The notes beneath the pieces are model-generated. The model saw only the letters and a program-made list of their open reading frames with translations, ran no database searches and was not told the origin of the DNA. DNA of 64,000 nucleotides from an uncultured Dehalococcoidia bacterium (lineage in GTDB: Bacteria; Chloroflexota; Dehalococcoidia; DSTF01; JACRBR01). The DNA lies in the NCBI GenBank assembly GCA_964371095.1, contig CAYJMJ010000004.1, positions 17,651 through 81,650 on the forward strand. The letters run 5' to 3'. The translations under genes and the position numbers were made by a program. Of the stretch, positions 58,225 to 64,000 are shown piece by piece. Each line of letters begins with the position of its first letter. Position 1 is the stretch's first letter.

Positions 58225-59352
58225 CTAGGGAACCGGGACCACGTGTACGGGGCCCGGGCGTGACCGAAACCCATCCGGCATCACAAGCAGAAGCAGTGCC
58301 GCCAGCGCGGCGGTCGATGCGCCGAAGGCGAACGTCGCGGGCGGGCCGAACAGATCCCATAAACCGCCGCCAATCACGCTCGACAGCAGCAGCATGACGC
58401 CGACACATGCGTTGTACAGGCCCATCGCCGTGCCGCGGCGCTCCGCCGGCACGAGATCCGCCACGTACGCCTTGCCCACGCCCTCTGTGAACGCGATGTA
58501 CGCGCCGTAGATGATGAACAGCGGCCACACCGCCCACGCATCCGTCGCCAGCGCGAACCCGGCGTACACACCCGCGAAGATCGCGAAGCCGGCGACCAGC
58601 ACCGGCTTGCGGCCGATGCGATCGGAGCGGATGCCGGCGGGCAGCGACAGCGCGGCGTACGAGATGTTGTAGAGCACGTACGCGAGGACGATGGCCGTCG
58701 CGCCGAGGCCGAGGTTCTGCGACCGCAGCACGAGGAATGCGTCGCTCGAATTTCCAAACGCGAACAGCAACGTGACGCCGAGGAAGATCAGGAAGCGGCG
58801 ATCGTAGCCGCGCAGCGAAAATAGCGGCGGCAACGTGCCTTCGCGGGGCACGTGGCGGATCTCGCGCACGAAGAGCAGCACGAGAACGGAGATCAGCCCG
58901 GGGATGCCGGCAATGAGGAAGATCGGGCGGTAGTTGTCGTGGCCGAACCATGCCAACAACCCGAGCGCGGTGATCGGCCCGATGATCGCGCCCGAGGTGT
59001 CCATGGCGCGGTGCAGCCCGAAGGCGCGCCCGCGCGACGCCGCGTCCGTCGACTCGGCGATGAGCGCGTCGCGGGGCGCGGTGCGTATGCCCTTACCGCT
59101 GCGGTCGAGGAAACGGACGAACAACACCGCAGGCCAGTGGTACGCGAGCGCGAGCGCCGGCTTTGCGATGGCGGCGAGACCGTAGCCGGCGAACGTGAAC
59201 GGGACGCGGCGCCTGAGCCGGTCCGAGAACCAGCCGAACACGAGCTTGAGCAGGCTGGCCGTGCTTTCGGCGACGCCCTCGATGACGCCGACGGCGACGA
59301 CCGGCGCGCCGAGCGTGCTCGTCAGGAACAGCGGAACGAGCGGATACGCCAT
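58225..59352 (-). CDS. MFS transporter (N-terminus anomalous, see findings)
   Basis: MFS fold with motif A (GWFSDRLRRRVP). A conserved TM1 sequence (RNVWLLGVVSLFADISSE) is in frame upstream of the first ATG, with no canonical start codon before the stop at 59539-59541. Confidence 0.8.
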   Translation of the reverse strand: MAYPLVPLFLTSTLGAPVVAVGVIEGVAESTASLLKLVFGWFSDRLRRRVPFTFAGYGLAAIAKPALALAYHWPAVLFVRFLDRSGKGIRTAPRDALIAESTDAASRGRAFGLHRAMDTSGAIIGPITALGLLAWFGHDNYRPIFLIAGIPGLISVLVLLFVREIRHVPREGTLPPLFSLRGYDRRFLIFLGVTLLFAFGNSSDAFLVLRSQNLGLGATAIVLAYVLYNISYAALSLPAGIRSDRIGRKPVLVAGFAIFAGVYAGFALATDAWAVWPLFIIYGAYIAFTEGVGKAYVADLVPAERRGTAMGLYNACVGVMLLLSSVIGGGLWDLFGPPATFAFGASTAALAALLLLVMPDGFRSRPGPVHVVPVP

Positions 59353-59820
59353 CTCGCTGCTGATATCGGCGAACAGGCTGACGACGCCGAGGAGCCAGAC
59401 GTTGCGCGAGACGCCGCCGGCGCCCGGCTGCGTCTCGGTCGCTTCAGTGCCGGATTCGGTGGTCGACGTGGCGGCACTCCTCTCGTCAGGGGGCTCGTGC
59501 GTGCCGTCATTCTGGCGGCGCCAGCGGCCGGCCGCTAATTAACGCTCTCCAACCATTGGACCATCGCCGGCGCGACGTCGGACGAGACATCGTCGCCCGT
59601 GCCGCCGCTCGACCTGCGCTCGGCGCGGCGGCCGTGCTCGCCCGCGCCGGCGTGCCGGCCTGATGGATCGTCCCGGCCGTCGCCGCCTCCCTCCTCAGCT
59701 TGTCCCTCTGGCGCGCCGCCCCCACCCGCACCTGACCCCCGCAACCACACCTCCACGGCGCACCCTAACCAACGACGGTGAGCACCAAGTAGTCGACGGC
59801 GTTGCCCGATGCCCCGTGCG

Positions 59821-60034
59821 CCTTTGCTGTTTGCTGTCGGTCCCTGTGCTCCCTGCTCCCTGCGCCGTCCCTTTGCTGTTTGCTGCTTGCTGTTTGCTGT
59901 CGGCCCCTCTGCTCCCTGCTCTCTGCTCTCTGCGCCGCCCCTTTGCTGTCTGCCGTCTGCTGTCGGTCGTTCTGCCTCCTGCTCTCCGCCCTCCGCTCTC
60001 TGCCGGCTCTAACCTCTAACCTCTAACATCCAAC
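59821..60034. repeat. minisatellite: three imperfect 49-70 bp units (CCTTTGCTGTTTGCTGTCGG..CTCCCTGCTC(T/C)CTGCGCCG.C) followed by (TAACCTC)x3
   Basis: Read from the sequence. Units begin near 59821, 59870 and 59940, and are built from TTTGCTG and CTC(T/C)CTG sub-repeats. The array ends 30 nt upstream of the ilvD start. Confidence 0.85.
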
Positions 60035-60067
60035 CACGCTACCCTGTCCCCCACACGGAGGCACGCC

Positions 60068-61741
60068 ATGACGTTCGATCCCAAGCACAACTCCCGCACC
60101 ATCACCGACGGCCCGACGCGCGCACCCGCGCGCGCCTACTACTACAGCATCGGCTTCTCGACGGAGGACATCGCCAAGCCGATCGTCGGCATCGCCAACA
60201 CGTGGATCGGCACCATGCCGTGCAACTTCAACCTCCGCCTTCTTGCCGCGAAGGTCGCCGAGGGCGTCCGCAAGGCCGGCGGCACGCCGATGGAGTTCAA
60301 CACGATCGCCATCAGCGACGGCATCACGATGGGCACCGAGGGCATGAAGACCTCCCTCATCTCGCGCGAGGTCATCGCCGACTCCATCGAGCTGACGACG
60401 CGCGGCTACATGTTCGATGCGCTCGTCTGCCTCGTCGGCTGCGACAAGACGATTCCCGGCGCGGCGATGGCGCTCGCCCGCCTCAACATCCCCGGCATCA
60501 TCGTCTACGGCGGCACGATCCTGCCCGGCACCTTCGACGGCCACGACGTCAACATCCAGGACGTGTTCGAGGGCGTCGGCCAGCACGCCGCCGGCACGCT
60601 CTCCGATGCCGACCTCGATCGCCTCGAGCACGCCGCGTGTCCCGGCGCCGGCGCCTGCGGCGGCCAGTTCACCGCCAACACCATGGCCCTCGCGATGGAG
60701 TTCATCGGCCTGTCGCCGATCGGCAGCGCTAGCGTCCCCGCCGTCGACCCGCGCAAGGACGCCGTCGGCGTCCGCGCCGGCGAGATCGTGATGGACGTGC
60801 TGCGCCGCAACCAGCGCCCGCTCGACATCCTCACCCGCGCCGCCTTCGAGAACGCCATCGCCGGCGTCGCCGCGACCGGCGGCTCGACGAACGCCGTGCT
60901 CCACCTGCTCGCCCTCGCCCGCGAGGCCAACGTGCCGCTGAACATCGACGACTTCGACACCGTGAGCGCCCGCACGCCACTGCTCGCCGACCTCAAGCCC
61001 GGCGGCCGTTACCTGGCCGCCGATCTCGACAAGGCCGGCGGCGTCCAGCTCGTGGCGCAGCGCCTCGTCGCGGGCGGATTCCTCGATCCGAAGCAGCAGA
61101 CGCCCGGCCGCTCGCTCGGCGACGAGGCCGCGCTCGCCGTCGAGACGCCGGGACAGGACGTCGTGCACACGCTCAAGGATCCAATAAAGGCGACCGGCGG
61201 CCTCGTCATCCTGCACGGCAACCTCGCGCCCGAGGGCTGCGTCGTGAAGGTCGCAGGGCACGAGCGCCTGACGCACCGCGGCCCCGCACGCGTCTTCGAC
61301 CGCGAGGAGGACGCGATGACCGCCGTCACCGAAAAGCGCATCAAGCCCGGCGACGTCGTTGTCATCCGCTACGAGGGGCCCAAGGGCGGGCCCGGCATGC
61401 GCGAGATGCTCGGCGTCACCTCGGCGATCGTCGGCGAAGGGATGGGCGAGACCGTCGCGCTGCTCACCGACGGCCGCTTCAGCGGCGCGACGCGCGGCCT
61501 CATGGCCGGCCACGTCGCGCCCGAGGCCTGCGTCGGCGGACCCATCGCCGCCGTGCGCGAAGGCGACACGATCAGCTTCGACATCCCGAACCGCCGCCTC
61601 GACGTCGAGATCAGCGACGACGAGATGGCAGCGCGCCTGCGCGACTGGCGCGCCCCCGAGCCGCGCTACAAGACCGGCGTCATGGCCAAGTACGCCGCCC
61701 TCGTCTCATCCGCCAGCGAAGGCGCCATCACGCGGGTGTAG
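60068..61741 (+). CDS. ilvD: dihydroxy-acid dehydratase
   Basis: IlvD/EDD family: CDKTIPG, the Fe-S Cys ligands ([17 protein letters not shown]) and C-terminal SGATRG. GGAGG Shine-Dalgarno. Confidence 0.95.
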   Translation: MTFDPKHNSRTITDGPTRAPARAYYYSIGFSTEDIAKPIVGIANTWIGTMPCNFNLRLLAAKVAEGVRKAGGTPMEFNTIAISDGITMGTEGMKTSLISREVIADSIELTTRGYMFDALVCLVGCDKTIPGAAMALARLNIPGIIVYGGTILPGTFDGHDVNIQDVFEGVGQHAAGTLSDADLDRLEHAACPGAGACGGQFTANTMALAMEFIGLSPIGSASVPAVDPRKDAVGVRAGEIVMDVLRRNQRPLDILTRAAFENAIAGVAATGGSTNAVLHLLALAREANVPLNIDDFDTVSARTPLLADLKPGGRYLAADLDKAGGVQLVAQRLVAGGFLDPKQQTPGRSLGDEAALAVETPGQDVVHTLKDPIKATGGLVILHGNLAPEGCVVKVAGHERLTHRGPARVFDREEDAMTAVTEKRIKPGDVVVIRYEGPKGGPGMREMLGVTSAIVGEGMGETVALLTDGRFSGATRGLMAGHVAPEACVGGPIAAVREGDTISFDIPNRRLDVEISDDEMAARLRDWRAPEPRYKTGVMAKYAALVSSASEGAITRV

Positions 61742-61774
61742 GGGATCAACAGCGAATCCACACCCTTCGCGGAA

Positions 61775-62233
61775 TTACCCAGACGGGGGGCGCCACGGAA
61801 ACCTTCTGGCCTCGGTCTCGAGGTCATCTGCGAAACGCTTGACGTCTCCAGCAGCGAGCCGAAATTCCAGTGACTCGCCCTCAACTCGTTGGTCATAGTC
61901 CAGTGCCGGGCGACAAAACTCCAGACGGAATCGAGCAAAGAGAGAGATTGCGCCGTCGTCGCGGCGAGCAGAGAACGAAAGGTTCGGCTCGATAGCATCA
62001 AACTCGCGAGCCTGACCGCCTTCCGCGACTTGCCTCAGCCAGTTGACCAGATCCGTGATCTCGTACGTCAGTAGCGCCGCTTCGCGAGCACGCCACCGCC
62101 GATCGCCGTAGGTTACAGCCAACTCGATCACCAGCCAGTTTGCGTCCGATTCGTCCTTCTCTCCGGCTGGGAACTGATACCCCGCGATGTCAAGCTGCAG
62201 CGAATGCTCTGGGTCGGGTTCGATACGCGCCAT
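61775..62233 (-). CDS. hypothetical protein (152 aa) in a low-GC islet; immunity-protein-like
   Basis: Clean ORF in sequence that is visibly lower in GC (roughly mid-50s %, against about 70% for the window). No family assigned. Confidence 0.5.
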   Translation of the reverse strand: MARIEPDPEHSLQLDIAGYQFPAGEKDESDANWLVIELAVTYGDRRWRAREAALLTYEITDLVNWLRQVAEGGQAREFDAIEPNLSFSARRDDGAISLFARFRLEFCRPALDYDQRVEGESLEFRLAAGDVKRFADDLETEARRFPWRPPSG

Positions 62234-62379
62234 GGCTGTGCACCTATCGGATCAGGGGGAGTCCCGCGTCTCTGGCCAATTGCAGCAACTGCACGGGCGT
62301 GACTATTGCCGTCACTTCAAGGCTTGCAGGTCTACAGATCGCGATCGTACGTCACTAGGAAGTCGGCGCCCGCGTGTTT

Positions 62380-62408
62380 CCGACCTCCGCCCTCCGACCT
62401 CTCAGCCA
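62380..62408. repeat. heptamer microsatellite CCGACCT-CCGCCCT-CCGACCT ending 4 nt before the stop codon of the minus-strand beta-propeller gene
   Basis: Read from the sequence; same motif as 34700-34720. Confidence 0.75.
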
Positions 62409-62412
62409 CCCA

Positions 62413-64000
62413 CTACGGCGGGAACGCCGCCTGCAGCAGCGTGTCCCCGTTCAGCACGTACAGCACGCCTTTCCCCTCGTCCACCGCCACCGCCCGCAGG
62501 TCCGTGAACGACGAGCTGACGATCTGACGCAGGAACGCGCCCTCCGCCGACGCGACGATGATCCGCTTGTTGCCCCGGTCCGCTACCACCAGCCGGTTCG
62601 ACCCCGGCAGCACCGAAAGCGACGCCGGCGACACCAGCCCCGTGTCGATGCCCGCCAGCGGAAACGGCGCCTCCGTCTTGCCGATGAACCGCCGGATGCC
62701 CGCCTTCGCGTCGAGCACGTAGACGTCTTGCCCCACCGCCAGCTCGGTCGCGTCGGTCAGCGTCGCGCCGTCGAGCAGCCCCGTTCGCTCGCTGTCGTAC
62801 CCGCTCTGTCCGGGCAGATAGCGCCACACCTGGTTCGACTTCACGTCGAGCACATACAGGTTGCCGCCCGATCCCGCGATCGCGGCGATCGAGCCGAGAC
62901 TGTCGGAGCCGCGAACCGTTACCGGCAGCGCGCCGCTGTCGGGAAAGTACGCGAACGACTGCCGCTTGTCGTCCACGATCGTCAGGCTCTTCGTCTCCTC
63001 CGACCAGGCGATCTGCATCGGCCGCGACGCCGTCATGAATCCCGCCGGCTCGCCTTCGCGGAACACGGATTCGGGCGCCTGTCCGCCCGCGAGCGCCACG
63101 CGCAGCACGCGCTTTCCCTTCGCATCGAGGAAGTACGCGCTGCTCCCGCCGATCACTGCGCTCGTCAGCGAAAGCGAACCCGTCGCCTGCTGCTGCAGGT
63201 CGGCCACCGTCGTGAAGTCCTTGATCTCGTACACCGCATCGAGCACGGCCGTCGCCGCGGCCACGTCCGATGTCAGGCCGACCACGTCCGCGTTGTCCTT
63301 GTGGATCTTCGCCGCGTCCACCAGCTTCGCGCGCGCGTCGCCGAGGAGTTGCCGCTTCGCGGCCGAGTCGCCCGTCGCCTGCGCCCGCGCGTTCGCCTCG
63401 CGCGCGGCCGCCACGAGCTTGGTGAACTTGTCCTCGCGGCTCTGCTGCACCGAGCCCGGCAGTTGCCAGTACGCCAGCCCGCCGAGCAGCGCCAGCGCGA
63501 TGACCGCGAACACGACGAGCTTGGGGACCTGGAACTGCGGCAGCGCCGCGATCCCGGTGCTGCGCCGATACCGCGGCGCGGCCGAGTCGCCGCGCAGGCG
63601 CACGTTTGTCGCGCGCGACGGCGACGTCGCGTCCGTGATCTCCCGCACCTGCTCTTCGATCGGACGTGGCGGCAGCGGCATGTCGCCGATGACGCCTGCC
63701 GCCAGCGACGCCTCGGCCGGCTCCGGCCCGCCGCTCGCAGGCGCCGCGACGAGCAGTCCTTCGGCGGCCGCCGCGTCGTCGGCCCGTGCCTCCGGCGGCT
63801 GTTCGACCGGCGCGCCGTTGCGCGTCAGGAATTCGGGCGGCTGCTCGGGCTCCGCCTCGAAGCACGACAGCAGCACGAGCGCCATGTTCGGCCGGTCGCG
63901 GCAGAGCAGGTACAGCTCCGGCAGTACCTCGTCGGATCCGCGCGACAGCACGCGCTCGATCTGTGCCTCCGGCAAGATCTCCGCGAGTTGCGTCGACGCA
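62413..64000 (-). CDS. membrane protein with extracytoplasmic NHL/YVTN-like beta-propeller repeats (5' end beyond window)
   Basis: Transmembrane helix LVVFAVIALALLGGLAYW, then repeated ...NLYVLD, ...DVYVLD and ...VLYVLN blades. The frame is still open at the window edge. Confidence 0.6.
   Translation of the reverse strand, partial: ASTQLAEILPEAQIERVLSRGSDEVLPELYLLCRDRPNMALVLLSCFEAEPEQPPEFLTRNGAPVEQPPEARADDAAAAEGLLVAAPASGGPEPAEASLAAGVIGDMPLPPRPIEEQVREITDATSPSRATNVRLRGDSAAPRYRRSTGIAALPQFQVPKLVVFAVIALALLGGLAYWQLPGSVQQSREDKFTKLVAAAREANARAQATGDSAAKRQLLGDARAKLVDAAKIHKDNADVVGLTSDVAAATAVLDAVYEIKDFTTVADLQQQATGSLSLTSAVIGGSSAYFLDAKGKRVLRVALAGGQAPESVFREGEPAGFMTASRPMQIAWSEETKSLTIVDDKRQSFAYFPDSGALPVTVRGSDSLGSIAAIAGSGGNLYVLDVKSNQVWRYLPGQSGYDSERTGLLDGATLTDATELAVGQDVYVLDAKAGIRRFIGKTEAPFPLAGIDTGLVSPASLSVLPGSNRLVVADRGNKRIIVASAEGAFLRQIVSSSFTDLRAVAVDEGKGVLYVLNGDTLLQAAFPP

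Noticed and set aside
59821-60034. Possible CRISPR array
   Set aside because: The repeats are tandem and contiguous with no unique spacers, and the units are imperfect and of variable length. It is a minisatellite, not a CRISPR array.

Overview
The window is about 70% GC and densely coded on both strands with typical bacterial housekeeping and envelope genes. I saw no rRNA, tRNA, CRISPR, transposase or integrase. The long Arg/Ala-rich ORFs antisense to real genes are the usual high-GC artefacts and I ignored them.

Gene content in order:
- aspS (archaeal-type, non-discriminating-like AspRS), preceded by what looks like a T-box leader.
- A minus-strand ispF-cysE-cysS operon.
- An LCP-family gene interrupted by two long poly-C tracts.
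- A molybdate module: a single Mop/TOBE protein divergent from an HTH+PBP-like regulator, then modA-modA'-modB-modC, all four translationally coupled by ATGA overlaps.
- Acyl-CoA metabolism genes: a CoA-binding NDP-forming ligase subunit, two enoyl-CoA hydratases and an AMP-dependent ligase.
- An OmpR/EnvZ-type two-component pair convergent with a GT39/ArnT-like glycosyltransferase.
- A standalone Lon-like AAA+ protease overlapping a NUDIX gene, then gamma-glutamyltransferase.
- A membrane-anchored cytochrome c with 7 CxxCH motifs, divergent from a DUF255 thioredoxin-like protein.
- DinB-family, histidine phosphatase, SDR, DUF1028 and two SRPBCC proteins.
- rsmG, a Yip1 membrane protein, an MFS transporter, cofD (F420 biosynthesis) and a CDF transporter.
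- rsmE-prmA, a Mug-like DNA glycosylase, a PAS histidine kinase with a NarL-type regulator, DedA, an O-methyltransferase-like gene and lepB.
- ECF sigma / zinc-finger anti-sigma / SIMPL, then dnaJ, a second MFS transporter and ilvD.
- A low-GC islet with an orphan hypothetical gene, and a partial beta-propeller membrane protein at the 3' end.

The taxon is probably a high-GC Chloroflexota or Actinomycetota-like bacterium; that is inferred from cofD, the LCP gene, the T-box and the AspRS type, not demonstrated.

The non-genic signals most worth a second look:
- The aspS T-box leader, whose UGGC bulge matches a G73 discriminator.
- The C17-GCG-C11 homopolymer that splits the LCP reading frame.
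- A family of about 25-65 bp intergenic repeats with at least six copies.
- Heptamer microsatellites placed exactly after the stop codons of three minus-strand genes.
- A minisatellite of about 190 bp upstream of ilvD.
- A putative molybdate operator between the Mop gene and the regulator.
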